A program made the translations under genes and the position numbers. DNA of 45,985 nucleotides from an uncultured bacterium (GTDB lineage Bacteria > DYJV01). The stretch is taken from positions 1 to 45,985 of the forward strand of contig CAZIZE010000053.1 in NCBI GenBank assembly GCA_964543655.1, in the 5' to 3' direction. Below the pieces are notes generated by a model. That model was not told where the DNA came from. It ran no database searches and worked only from the letters and a program-made list of their open reading frames with translations. Of the stretch, positions 8,615 to 18,719 are shown in pieces (the first letter of the stretch is position 1; every line of letters starts with the position of its first letter).

Positions 8615-10154
8615 TTTTCAATTCCTTTGTTTGATTATTTTTATTCTGGTTTTTTAATTCTAAATCAATTTTTAAAAATTTTTGCTCAATACTTCCCATA
8701 GAATCAAAAAAAGCATCAATAATTACCTGATCAACTAATTTATTCCCTGACTTTTCTATAATATCCTTTGCACTTTCAAATGATAAACCTTTTTTGTATG
8801 ATCTATCACTGATTAAACCAACAAAAAATTCAGAAAGTGCCACAATTTGAGCAAGCTGAGGTATTTCATTTCCAGCAATACCAAAAGGATACCCGGAGCC
8901 ATCTACTTTTTCATGGTGAAATTTAATTATTGGTGAAATAGGATAAATATTTGACACAGGCTCAAGTAAAGTTGCACCTATTAAAGGGTGCAATTTTATT
9001 AACGACATATCTTCTTTAGATAAATCATCTGTTTTATCAATTAAATTACCTAAATCACCTATCATACCTATATCATGCAAAAGAGCACCAAGCCTTAAAA
9101 AGTGCAACTCTTCTCTATCTAAAAATAGAGCTTTCCCAACTTCCATAGAAACTTCTGTGACTTTTTTTGTATGGTTCACAAAATAAATGTTCTGATTTTC
9201 ATACATTTCATTTGCATTAATTAAAAAGTCAATGTAGTAATCAGCAGTGCTATTATCTCTATTTAAGGTTGACAATAAATTTCCTGACATGTCAAGGAAT
9301 GAGCCAACCCTTTTTAATTCATCTACCTGAAAATTTCTATCTGAGTATATATCTGCAAAATATCCAGTGTTGTGAATAAAAAATCTTTTTTTATTTAAAT
9401 TTTCACTGCAATCACCAATGTGTATAATCTCCTCATTTTTCTCATATAATTTAATACCAGTAGCACCAAGAGCATTTTTTACAATAGAGATAACATACTT
9501 AAGATAACCCTCTCCAGAGAAGAAAGATTTGTTAACAGTGCTCAAAACCTCTTTTGTAATATTTGACATTTTGATTTTTAAGCTAACTTCATTATTGGTT
9601 AATAACTTTTTGTATAAAGAAAAAACAATTTCTATGTAACCACTATACTGTTTTAAATTAATGAAGCTTCTTCTATATATCTGCAGCAAAAAGTCATTAT
9701 TTTCAGATATATAACTTGATACTATAAAATTCCCTGAAGTGGATTTTATTTTAATTAAAGTTTTAGCAATGTACATATTAGCAGCAACCCTATCTTTTTC
9801 ATTAAATTCCAGGTTATGTGTTTTTAAAACAAAAGTTTCACCTTTTAACAAGTAGAATGCTATATATTTGGCATTAAATAGTTCTCTAAACTCAAGGAGT
9901 TTTTTTTCAAATTCTTTAATATTTTCAATTGATGATATTTTTTGCAAAAACTTGTTAAACTTTTCTCTCTCCTTATAAAGATTATACATTTGCTTATAAA
10001 TTTTGATAATAATAAAAATACAGATTATTGAAATTAATAGAAAAACCCACCATAAAGAATTTGATAAAAAATCAATAAAATCATAAAACCGCTCTTTTAT
10101 AATATCTGGTAAAATATAATTTAAATAGTATCTAATTTGACTTAAGTTTATCAC
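8604..10154 (-). CDS. Membrane-anchored HD-GYP domain protein (possibly catalytically degenerate)
   Basis: N-terminal TM (LWWVFLLISIICIFIII); C-terminal LLHDIGM, HPLIG, HHEKVDGSGYP, ISDRSYK. Confidence 0.88.
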   Translation of the reverse strand: MINLSQIRYYLNYILPDIIKERFYDFIDFLSNSLWWVFLLISIICIFIIIKIYKQMYNLYKEREKFNKFLQKISSIENIKEFEKKLLEFRELFNAKYIAFYLLKGETFVLKTHNLEFNEKDRVAANMYIAKTLIKIKSTSGNFIVSSYISENNDFLLQIYRRSFINLKQYSGYIEIVFSLYKKLLTNNEVSLKIKMSNITKEVLSTVNKSFFSGEGYLKYVISIVKNALGATGIKLYEKNEEIIHIGDCSENLNKKRFFIHNTGYFADIYSDRNFQVDELKRVGSFLDMSGNLLSTLNRDNSTADYYIDFLINANEMYENQNIYFVNHTKKVTEVSMEVGKALFLDREELHFLRLGALLHDIGMIGDLGNLIDKTDDLSKEDMSLIKLHPLIGATLLEPVSNIYPISPIIKFHHEKVDGSGYPFGIAGNEIPQLAQIVALSEFFVGLISDRSYKKGLSFESAKDIIEKSGNKLVDQVIIDAFFDSMGSIEQKFLKIDLELKNQNKNNQTKELKNAP

Positions 10155-12309
10155 GTTTTAACTTCCTTTCATATAAATATTTGGTATAAGCTCTATTGTC
10201 AATTTCATAAACTGTTAAAAAATCTCTTTCATCAAATACCCTGATATTGTTGTGAGTTTTAGAATAAAGATTGAGCCAGGATTCAAGTTGTAGTTCCACA
10301 TCTCTTTTCCATCTGAAAAACCATTCACCAGAGCCCCTGTAAGAATTTGGAAATGTTTCTTTCATAATATACACCCAATCAGTAGGAACTTTTAAATATT
10401 TATCAAGAGGATTATATTTTTCAATAAAAGTTTGTGTGTTTATATGAAATCCCTTGTCAAGAACCCTTGCATAACTTTGAACATATCCCACAATTGTCCA
10501 ACTGTATGGTTGTCTTAATTTTTTTATTTTGTAAATATCAAGAACTATTGCATTATATTGAATATTGTCAAGTGATGAGAAAAAAGTTTTTGTTTGATTC
10601 CATGTTGGTACAATAAAAATAGAAGTTATAAAAAAAGAGGTTAAAAAGAAAATAAGAAAAATATTTGAATATTTTTTTAAAATTAGATTAATAAATTTTT
10701 CAAAAAAATTAAAATAGATACCTGCACCAATCCCTGAAACAAGGAGGAGATATTCACAACTTCTTGATTTTGCAACTAACCTTGGAAATCCCAAGTTTTC
10801 ATGTACATATATTAGAATAATGGAAATAATAGCAAGGGAAACAGATGATAAAATAAATCTTTTATTTTTTTTGTAAAAAAAGGTTAAAGGGTATAACAGT
10901 GCAAGTAAAAAATAAAATATTAATTGTATTGGATAAAAAACAAGCTCAAAAATATTGGTAAGTCCACCACGTTGCAATTCTTGAAATTCTCTTTTGGTTT
11001 TAAATAATTTGTCCAACATTGGAGCTGCAATACCAAAGTTTTGTGGAATCCCAAATTTTAGAGCTGACAAAACCCATAGATTTCCAACTAAAGTTGCTAC
11101 TAAAATTGCAATAATACCTTTTTTAAAAATATTAAAATCAATTTTTCTAAAAATAAATGCATTAATTAAAATCAAAACACTTCCTACAAATAGATATAGT
11201 GCAGCACCTCCGTGGAATGTAAACACAAGACATAAGGTAATTGCATATAGTAAAAGCATGTGTAAATTTTTTTTCACAAATGTCATAATGAAAAAGTATA
11301 TGTAAAGTGGATAAAATGAGTATGCCATTTCATAAGGAAGCCCAGAATTAATTCTTATAAAAGGTATATAAGAATAATCAATTAACTCTTTTTTAGGAAA
11401 AGAGTAATAAAAATCAAAATAAACACTTAATCCATGAAAATTTAAAATATGAGGGTTATCAGTTCTATATACAAATCCCATGAGATAGGTTGAAAGAGGA
11501 GACAAAGTGTATAAACCAAAAATTATAACTGCAAATAGAGCACTATAGTGGGAGTTTGTAGTTTTATACATAAGGTAGTAAATACCTATTAATAGAAACA
11601 TGAAAAATAGAGAGGGGTATAAATTTAATAATACGTTTAAATCAATATTGGTAATGGCATTTAAAAAGAATATAATAATAGGAGGCCCAAAAAAGTAAGC
11701 ACCAATAGTGAGATTGTTTGCATATAGATAATTTCTTTTCATTAATGAAACCCATTCCATATATAAGGGCATATCAGTTGACCTGTAGCTTAGGGAAAGA
11801 AAATTTAATACATTCATGTTGTAAAGTATATAAATCAGCATAAGTATTGAAATTAAAATTCGCAAAGATTGTATAGAGGTAAGAGCTTTTATATTAATTA
11901 ATTTGGTATAATCTTTATACGTTTTTCCAAATTTTTGAAACCTGTAAAAATTCTCTAATAAATTGAAGACTTTTACCATTCCATCCTGATATTTTCGTTG
12001 TAAAATTACAAAATAGTTTTTCTTTTCAAAATAGTAAACCATAAAAGTTTTAAGTAAGAAAAAAGATAAAATCAGGGTAATAAAGGAAAAAATTCTTAAA
12101 AATAGAAGTAGAGCCACTATTAAAACAACAGAAATTAACATATACAACACATTAAATACTATTTTATCAAGATAATCTTCTATATTATCCTGAGGAAAAA
12201 TATATTGTGGCAGTTTGTAAAAAACAAGGAAAGTCATTACTAACAATTTTAGAAAATTTGGAAGAGTAACTTTTAATACTTCTGAAAATACTGAAATATC
12301 GGCAATCAT
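10132..12309 (-). CDS. Large polytopic membrane protein, GT-C-like; paralog of 22718-24913
   Basis: 725 aa, many TM helices, loop 'TDMPLYMEW', FTFHGG, soluble C-terminal domain; colinear similarity with 22718-24913. Confidence 0.6.
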   Translation of the reverse strand: MIADISVFSEVLKVTLPNFLKLLVMTFLVFYKLPQYIFPQDNIEDYLDKIVFNVLYMLISVVLIVALLLFLRIFSFITLILSFFLLKTFMVYYFEKKNYFVILQRKYQDGMVKVFNLLENFYRFQKFGKTYKDYTKLINIKALTSIQSLRILISILMLIYILYNMNVLNFLSLSYRSTDMPLYMEWVSLMKRNYLYANNLTIGAYFFGPPIIIFFLNAITNIDLNVLLNLYPSLFFMFLLIGIYYLMYKTTNSHYSALFAVIIFGLYTLSPLSTYLMGFVYRTDNPHILNFHGLSVYFDFYYSFPKKELIDYSYIPFIRINSGLPYEMAYSFYPLYIYFFIMTFVKKNLHMLLLYAITLCLVFTFHGGAALYLFVGSVLILINAFIFRKIDFNIFKKGIIAILVATLVGNLWVLSALKFGIPQNFGIAAPMLDKLFKTKREFQELQRGGLTNIFELVFYPIQLIFYFLLALLYPLTFFYKKNKRFILSSVSLAIISIILIYVHENLGFPRLVAKSRSCEYLLLVSGIGAGIYFNFFEKFINLILKKYSNIFLIFFLTSFFITSIFIVPTWNQTKTFFSSLDNIQYNAIVLDIYKIKKLRQPYSWTIVGYVQSYARVLDKGFHINTQTFIEKYNPLDKYLKVPTDWVYIMKETFPNSYRGSGEWFFRWKRDVELQLESWLNLYSKTHNNIRVFDERDFLTVYEIDNRAYTKYLYERKLKRDKLKSN

Positions 12310-13331
12310 TTGATTTCATTTAATGTTTTGTTGTCTTTTATTTTTTCTCCTGTGGAATTATCTTTTGCTTTATAATCTGTATTAACTATATCAGGCTGTG
12401 AATAATGTGGCTTTGAGTAAATATATTGAAGTAGTTTCCATCTTAAGAGTTCACCATTTTTATAGGAATCTACGTATTCAAAAGGAAATAAAAATATAAT
12501 TTTCCCTTCATAATAAGGAATAATAGATACAAGTGGATTACCAGCCCTATCTTTTATTACAGCTCCTTCTGGGATACTAAAAAAAGTTTCCACAGGGTAT
12601 CTTAATATTACTTTCAGGCTTTCCAAACCATTAAAAAAAGAATCGGTTATTTTTAAATTATTAAAAGAGATTGTTTTAGGTGTGTATCCACTTATTGATA
12701 TATACTTTGATACATAAGTTACTGTTGATACAGGAAAATTTATAAAGTGCAAATTGTTTGTAAGAATATTGATTCTATGTTTTATAAACTTTAAATTAAC
12801 CCTACCATATTTAGTAAGTTTTTCAAAACCTGTTGCATAAATTCCTGATTCTACCCATAAAACACCACCATTTTTTAACCACCATTTTAATACTGCTTGT
12901 TCTCTTTTTGAGATATTATAGCTGTAACAGATATTTTCAAAAAGATCTTTGCTAACATATTTATAATTTTCAAGCCAGATAGGCTTTACATAAATAACAT
13001 CAAGAATAAATGGATAATCTCTTAATTTCCAGAAATCAACATCTTTTATATCAGCTGCATTAATATGATAATTTTTGGTCTGGTAAAATTCAATGGGAAA
13101 ATTGCCTTTGAAATCAAGCATAGGATCTGTTGATATAAAAGGAAATTCATGCAGCCTTTTGTAAATACCTTGAGTTCTGCTTAATTTATCAAGGTTAATG
13201 TCATAAATTTTAACTGTAGTGCTTTGCATTAGAGATTTATCTAAGTTATTTAACATCTGGTCTTTACCAGAACAACCAAAGATTGATAAAATAAAAATAA
13301 TTATTCCTAAAAAATAGATTTTTTTTTGCAT
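12306..13331 (-). CDS. Lipoprotein of unknown function (class-I GATase-like fold suspected)
   Basis: Signal MQKKIYFLGIIIFILSIFG-C (lipobox); GGAGAG RBS favours ATG 13331 over GTG 13343; 'WLKNGGVLWVE' and 'GNPLVSIIPYYEGKIIFL' patterns. Confidence 0.7.
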   Translation of the reverse strand: MQKKIYFLGIIIFILSIFGCSGKDQMLNNLDKSLMQSTTVKIYDINLDKLSRTQGIYKRLHEFPFISTDPMLDFKGNFPIEFYQTKNYHINAADIKDVDFWKLRDYPFILDVIYVKPIWLENYKYVSKDLFENICYSYNISKREQAVLKWWLKNGGVLWVESGIYATGFEKLTKYGRVNLKFIKHRINILTNNLHFINFPVSTVTYVSKYISISGYTPKTISFNNLKITDSFFNGLESLKVILRYPVETFFSIPEGAVIKDRAGNPLVSIIPYYEGKIIFLFPFEYVDSYKNGELLRWKLLQYIYSKPHYSQPDIVNTDYKAKDNSTGEKIKDNKTLNEIK

Positions 13332-13344
13332 TTCTCTCTCCACT

Positions 13345-14925
13345 TTAATATGCAGAATAATAATAATAATCTAAATTTTTAAACATTTTTGATGTAAAAT
13401 TGAATGTTCCGTACCAAAAAATTATTGAACCAACTAATAACCCCACAACTGCAAATGGGTAACCAAAAGCTCTACTTAAAATAATACCTATAATTACATC
13501 AGCCATAACAGCATACCTTATATATCTTACTGGCACTTCATGCCTTGAAAGAGCAAACATAAACAGAATATTCATCAAAGAATTAACAAGCAATATGTAT
13601 GCCACTCCAGCAAGTAAAAAAATTGTAATGGTAGGTTGTACAAGGAAACTCCTTAAAAAATACAAATTAAAAAGCTTATCTGGTATATACACAGCTAAAA
13701 ATGTTAAAACAAAAATTATAAAAGAGTATAAGAAATAAAAAGCATTAAATTTTTTATAATGATTATACACTATTTTGTTAAATTTGTCCACATTTTTATA
13801 ACTAATTTGTGTAACATGAGTATTAATTTCATACATAAATTCAAAAATACTAATTTCAGTTACACCCATCATAAACACAAGTACTATTAATGCCCAGTCA
13901 AGTCCCAATTCGTATGGTACAATGAACCATATAAAATATGGTGTTTGCTCTCCAGCACTCCATGCAATAAACCTGTCAAATACCAGAAAAGAAAAGTAAA
14001 AAAATCCATATAGAAAATATGGATAAAGAGAATAAAAGAGAGCAGATGGCTTTGGCAAAATATCACCTTCTGCAAGGATATTTTTATGCTTTAATCTGTA
14101 AAGTTTTATTCCAGCAATTAACATAGTAACAATATCAAGGAAAAATATTCCATACTCCTGTGCAACAGGTAGAGGAATTTTCATTAACCTATAGAAAATA
14201 TATACTAAAACCATACCAATAAATGTAACAAATACTATTATCTCATAAGCCTCAAACATGTAAAATATAGCAAGAGTTAGAAAAAAAATTGAAAGTTCTA
14301 CAAAGAAAACAAGCGATAAATAGAAGAAATGAGGTGGAAATACTTCAAAAATATAATTAAAAGCTATTGCTAATAATGATAAAATCAAAATGCCAATAAA
14401 GCTAACAGAATAGATTAAAACTGTTACATTTCTTGCAAGAATATACTCTTTAAATTTCAGGTAAAAAAGTCCTTTCCTACCAATAGCCTGTGCTGGACCA
14501 CCTGATACAACAAGGGCTATTAAAGTACCTATTGCTATAGCTGTTGCATCTTCAAGAGTCAATTCTAAACTTGACCAGATAGCGTAACCTAACAGCAGTG
14601 TTGCTATAATTTGTACAAGCATAGGTAGAGCAAAAGCCAATCCTCTTAAATAATTTTTGGCGTATCTTTTTAAAACATTTGTCTCTATTTCTTCAAGAAG
14701 GGCAATTTTTTTCTCTTTATAATCTTCTTTTTCATCTACATATTTAAGTAATTTTTTTGCAAGTTCAAATAAGTTTTCTTCATTATATTGCTCTTTGGCA
14801 TCTATATCTCTTAATCCATTTGTTTCCAAAAGCGCAGTAATTTCGTAGTGGTCAATTGGTTTACCTTTATTTTCAGTAATTTTAAATAAAAGTTCTTTTA
14901 ACTTTTTTTCTTCACTATAAACCAT
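13345..14925 (-). CDS. Polytopic membrane protein in PelG position (putative polysaccharide transporter/synthase partner)
   Basis: Likely start ATG 14925 (MVYSEEK), 1 nt after the pelF stop; ~90-aa soluble N-terminus then ~11-12 TM helices; lacks the canonical PelG MAGIGF N-terminus. Confidence 0.6.
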   Translation of the reverse strand: MVYSEEKKLKELLFKITENKGKPIDHYEITALLETNGLRDIDAKEQYNEENLFELAKKLLKYVDEKEDYKEKKIALLEEIETNVLKRYAKNYLRGLAFALPMLVQIIATLLLGYAIWSSLELTLEDATAIAIGTLIALVVSGGPAQAIGRKGLFYLKFKEYILARNVTVLIYSVSFIGILILSLLAIAFNYIFEVFPPHFFYLSLVFFVELSIFFLTLAIFYMFEAYEIIVFVTFIGMVLVYIFYRLMKIPLPVAQEYGIFFLDIVTMLIAGIKLYRLKHKNILAEGDILPKPSALFYSLYPYFLYGFFYFSFLVFDRFIAWSAGEQTPYFIWFIVPYELGLDWALIVLVFMMGVTEISIFEFMYEINTHVTQISYKNVDKFNKIVYNHYKKFNAFYFLYSFIIFVLTFLAVYIPDKLFNLYFLRSFLVQPTITIFLLAGVAYILLVNSLMNILFMFALSRHEVPVRYIRYAVMADVIIGIILSRAFGYPFAVVGLLVGSIIFWYGTFNFTSKMFKNLDYYYYSAY

Positions 14926-14926
14926 T

Positions 14927-16402
14927 TTAAACTCTTTCCATATCAGCTGAGGTAAAGTAAAGATTGGAATAGTTTTCCACCATATCCTCAAGGGTAAAAC
15001 CTAAAAGAATTCTCTCTCTTGCTGCAATCCCCATTTGTCTGGTTTCTTCAGGATTTTTTAATGACCAGATAATATGTTTTGCAAATGCTTCATAATCTTT
15101 AGGTTTTACAATAAAACCAAACCCTTCAAGCACCTCCTTTGTACCACCAACATCAGAAGATACAACAACTTTTTCACAGGCCATTGCTTCAATTACGGTA
15201 AAAGGAAAAGCTTCAGATATACTTGTAAGTGCAACTACATCCCCTTCATTGTAAGCTAATTCGGGTCTGTCTGTTTGGCCGGCAAATATAAAATTATCTC
15301 CTAAATTTAGTTTGCTATGTAAATCTTGGCATTTTTTATAATATTCCTTATCAACATAAGGACCATAAAGTTTAAAGAGAACATCTGGAATTTCTTTTCT
15401 AACAAGGTCACAGGTTCTAATAAAAGTTTCTATATCTTTTAATGGGTCTATACGTGCAACCATGGTAACTGTAGGACGATCATTTTTATCAACATCTATT
15501 TTATTAAATTTTAATACATCTATACCATTATAAATAGTATGAATTTTATCCTCTGTTGCTCCCCATTTTGTTTCCCATCTTTTATTGTAGTTACAAACTG
15601 GAGAGATAACATCAGCAAAATAGTAGTTTAATTTTACTATTGCACCAATAAGCCCAAGTAAAAACTCCTTGGTTCTATATGGAATGCCTTCTCTGGATGC
15701 GTATAAATATTGCTCTCTTGTATATATCCCATGTTCTGTTAAAATAAATTTGCTTTTATGTTTCAATTTTGCAACAATGCACGGTAAACCACAGAAAGCA
15801 GCAGCTGAAGAATGATAAATATTAGCTTCTGGCACAGGAGCAAGTAAAACTATAAAAAATCTAAATAAAAACCTTAAACTTTCTATCATATCGTAAATTG
15901 AAGGTATTTCAATATCTCTCTGTTCATATATTTTTTCCATTTTTTTTATATAAGCTTTCCATACAATTTCACTTCTAAATGCTTCATGATAATCGTAAAC
16001 TTGAAAGAAATCGTAAAATTTTAAAATTATTTCTCCTAATTCCTGATAGTTATTTTTGTTGTTGTAAATAAAATCAACAATACCATCAATTAAATCAACA
16101 ATATTATTAACAGCATCTTTTTGTCTCATAGTTTTTAATTTTCTAATGTAGATTTGTGAAAATTTATCACTATGTACAAACTCAGATGGCTCTTCAGAAC
16201 CCCATAATGGAATTTTTATCATCCTTATAACATTTGCAGGTAATTGATATTTGATTTTTATATAAGGAGTCATGAGAATTGGAATAAGAATAAAATCTAC
16301 CTCTTTCATTTTATTTATTAAAATATCAGCCCAGGTAGAAACCCCACCAGTAACATAGGGATAAGTTCCTTCTCCTGTAAATGCTACCTTTAACCTCTCC
16401 AA
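14927..16402 (-). CDS. pelF: PelF-like GT4 glycosyltransferase (DUF3492 + GT4)
   Basis: EGTYPYVTGGVSTW N-terminal signature, LTEHGIYTRE, RIDPLKDIETFI, SISEAFPFTVIEAMA (EX7E). Confidence 0.85.
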   Translation of the reverse strand: MERLKVAFTGEGTYPYVTGGVSTWADILINKMKEVDFILIPILMTPYIKIKYQLPANVIRMIKIPLWGSEEPSEFVHSDKFSQIYIRKLKTMRQKDAVNNIVDLIDGIVDFIYNNKNNYQELGEIILKFYDFFQVYDYHEAFRSEIVWKAYIKKMEKIYEQRDIEIPSIYDMIESLRFLFRFFIVLLAPVPEANIYHSSAAAFCGLPCIVAKLKHKSKFILTEHGIYTREQYLYASREGIPYRTKEFLLGLIGAIVKLNYYFADVISPVCNYNKRWETKWGATEDKIHTIYNGIDVLKFNKIDVDKNDRPTVTMVARIDPLKDIETFIRTCDLVRKEIPDVLFKLYGPYVDKEYYKKCQDLHSKLNLGDNFIFAGQTDRPELAYNEGDVVALTSISEAFPFTVIEAMACEKVVVSSDVGGTKEVLEGFGFIVKPKDYEAFAKHIIWSLKNPEETRQMGIAARERILLGFTLEDMVENYSNLYFTSADMERV

Positions 16403-16456
16403 ATATAACCCCTTAAATTTTTAGTTAAGTATAGCTGTATATGCAAAAAGTTTGCC

Positions 16457-17902
16457 TCAAACTTTATTTATCCTTTTCTTATAGCTAAATTTACCAAAAA
16501 CACTTGAAATTAAAGCTAATCCTTCTTTAATATTATTTATTAATTCATGCAAGGTTCTAATTGATAATAGTTTTTTTAAAATATATTGTGGCCTTAAATA
16601 GAATTTTTTTACAGCATAGTCTCTCCACTCTATTAGTTGCTCAAAGTTTAACCCTTCTGGAACATAAGCTTGAAATGCAAGAAAAGATGCCTGCTTTGAT
16701 TCATCTATTAAGCCATTTTTAATTGCTTCTTCTCTGAGCTTTGTGCCAAGAGGAGCTTCTGCAATGTTAAATGATGCATAATCACAATCAAGTTTTATTG
16801 CATATTCAACAGTAGCTTTTACAGTAGCATCAGTCTCTCCTGGTAATCCAATAATAAAATGGCCTAAAGTTTTTATTCCAAGCTCTTTGCATTTTTTAAA
16901 AACTTTATAATATTTATCAGTTGTTAAACCTTTGTGGCTCTTTTCTAAAATTGTATCACTACCGCTCTCAACACCATACTGTATTGTGTGGCAACCTGCT
17001 TTTCTCATTAGTGTCAACAAATTGTCATCAGTAACATCAACTCTTGACATACATATCCATCTAAGATTCAAATTCCTTTTAATCATTTCTTCACAAAACC
17101 TGATTGTATCCTCTCGCCTTGCACCAAAAGTTTGGTCAAAGAACTTTACCTCTTTTATTCCAAGAGATTTTATATATTCCATCTCTTCTATTACTTCATC
17201 TATATCCCTATATTTAAACAGAATCCTTTGTTGTGGACAGAAATCACAAGTATATGGGCATCCATAGGTAATAATGGTTAAAGCAAACTTTTTAAACATT
17301 CCATGTGGTATTCTATAATTTAACTTTGTAAAAAGATCGTGTCTTGGAATACCTATTTTCATATTTTTTTGATTTTTAATATCTCCATAAATTTTCACCT
17401 TTTTATCAGGCAAATTTGGATATATTATTTCCCCATTCTCCCTGTAAACAAGTGCGTCAATAGAATCAAAATTATTTTCAAGGTAATCTAAAATATCAAA
17501 GGTTGTTTGATCCATTAAAATTGCATCTAAAAAACTCCATTTTTTTATATAAGTTTTATACTCAAAAAGTAATATATCTCCACTCCCTATTAGTTTAACA
17601 TCAGGGATTTCTTCCTTAAGTTTTAACAGAAATTTTTCATCTCTATTTTCAGATATTCCACCTGTTACAAAAATAATTGCATAAGGGTTAATTTCTTTTA
17701 TCCTTCTGATTGTTTCAGAATCAGATAACTTCTCCACAACAGAATCAATTAAAAAAATATTATATTTTGGGGATAGAATAGCACTTTGCATAACAAGATC
17801 AAGTGCAGGAATATAGTAATTGGCTTTGCTTTCATTGCTACAATAATTTCCTCGTATAACAAGTCTTTCATGAGGTGGATTTAATAAAATTATATTTTTC
17901 AA
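16457..17902 (-). CDS. Cobalamin-binding radical SAM protein
   Basis: N-terminal LLNPP B12-binding-type domain, CPYTCDFC (CxxxCxxC), FFDQTF, GVESGS, FIIGLPGET; GGAGG RBS with TTG start. Confidence 0.9.
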   Translation of the reverse strand: MKNIILLNPPHERLVIRGNYCSNESKANYYIPALDLVMQSAILSPKYNIFLIDSVVEKLSDSETIRRIKEINPYAIIFVTGGISENRDEKFLLKLKEEIPDVKLIGSGDILLFEYKTYIKKWSFLDAILMDQTTFDILDYLENNFDSIDALVYRENGEIIYPNLPDKKVKIYGDIKNQKNMKIGIPRHDLFTKLNYRIPHGMFKKFALTIITYGCPYTCDFCPQQRILFKYRDIDEVIEEMEYIKSLGIKEVKFFDQTFGARREDTIRFCEEMIKRNLNLRWICMSRVDVTDDNLLTLMRKAGCHTIQYGVESGSDTILEKSHKGLTTDKYYKVFKKCKELGIKTLGHFIIGLPGETDATVKATVEYAIKLDCDYASFNIAEAPLGTKLREEAIKNGLIDESKQASFLAFQAYVPEGLNFEQLIEWRDYAVKKFYLRPQYILKKLLSIRTLHELINNIKEGLALISSVFGKFSYKKRINKV

Positions 17903-17911
17903 AATATCCTC

Positions 17912-18700
17912 CTAAATAAATTTTTTCCCCTTTTTTCGGAACAATTTAGCATCTTTTTTAGTTGGAAAAGAATAATATTTTGCAAGCTTTATATTATTTT
18001 CAATTCTCTCGCAGTTATTATTTGCTATTCTGTTAATTGCATCTAAAAGTAGCTTGGGGCCAATTTTAATGCTTTTTTTATATAAAGAGTGTAGAGAGTC
18101 CTTGCTATTTATTGGAAACTTTTTTTGCACAATAATTGGACCATTATCAAGTTTCTCATCCATTTCATGAATTGTTATTCCAAATTCCTTTTCATCATTT
18201 AACATTGCCCAGAAAAGAGGCTGCCTGCCTCTATATTCAGGGAGAAGTCCAGAATGATAATTTATGCATCCGATTTTAGGAGCAGATAGAATTTCTTTTT
18301 TAAATATTTCTGGAGAAGCAATAGATAGGATAATATCAATTTTATTTGATTTAATATATTCTACAAAATTTTTAGAATTAATAGATTTAAAATTTACCTT
18401 TTTTATATTATATTTATTAATTACATTTTCCACTGAATAGCATTTCATTTTTGGAAAGAATATCCATAATATTGACATGAACTTATTAAATAGAATATAT
18501 ATTACCATTTTAATAAAAGCAATTAAACCATAATAGTTAAACCTATTTTTAAGCTCTTTAATAAAGTTTTTTTTATGAAATGGTGAAAGGCATATTATTC
18601 CAGCAATAATAAAAGATGATTCATTTAAAATTTCAATAAAATTATCTAAAAATTCAGGAATATATATTGGCACACTCTGTGTAATAATAAATATTTTCAT
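17912..18700 (-). CDS. Formyltransferase (probable sugar N-formyltransferase)
   Basis: INYHSGLLPEYRG...WAM, GITIHEM, LDNGPII; lacks the Fmt C-terminal domain; lies in a polysaccharide operon. Confidence 0.85.
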   Translation of the reverse strand: MKIFIITQSVPIYIPEFLDNFIEILNESSFIIAGIICLSPFHKKNFIKELKNRFNYYGLIAFIKMVIYILFNKFMSILWIFFPKMKCYSVENVINKYNIKKVNFKSINSKNFVEYIKSNKIDIILSIASPEIFKKEILSAPKIGCINYHSGLLPEYRGRQPLFWAMLNDEKEFGITIHEMDEKLDNGPIIVQKKFPINSKDSLHSLYKKSIKIGPKLLLDAINRIANNNCERIENNIKLAKYYSFPTKKDAKLFRKKGKKFI

Positions 18701-18719
18701 TGAAATTCCACTATCTCAG

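Noticed and set aside
14926-14991. Longer start (14991) for the PelG-position gene
   Set aside because: It overlaps pelF by 65 nt. ATG 14925 directly after the pelF stop fits translational coupling better.
17912-18700. Methionyl-tRNA formyltransferase (fmt)
   Set aside because: It lacks the Fmt N-terminal FMGTP motif and C-terminal domain, and the context indicates a sugar formyltransferase.
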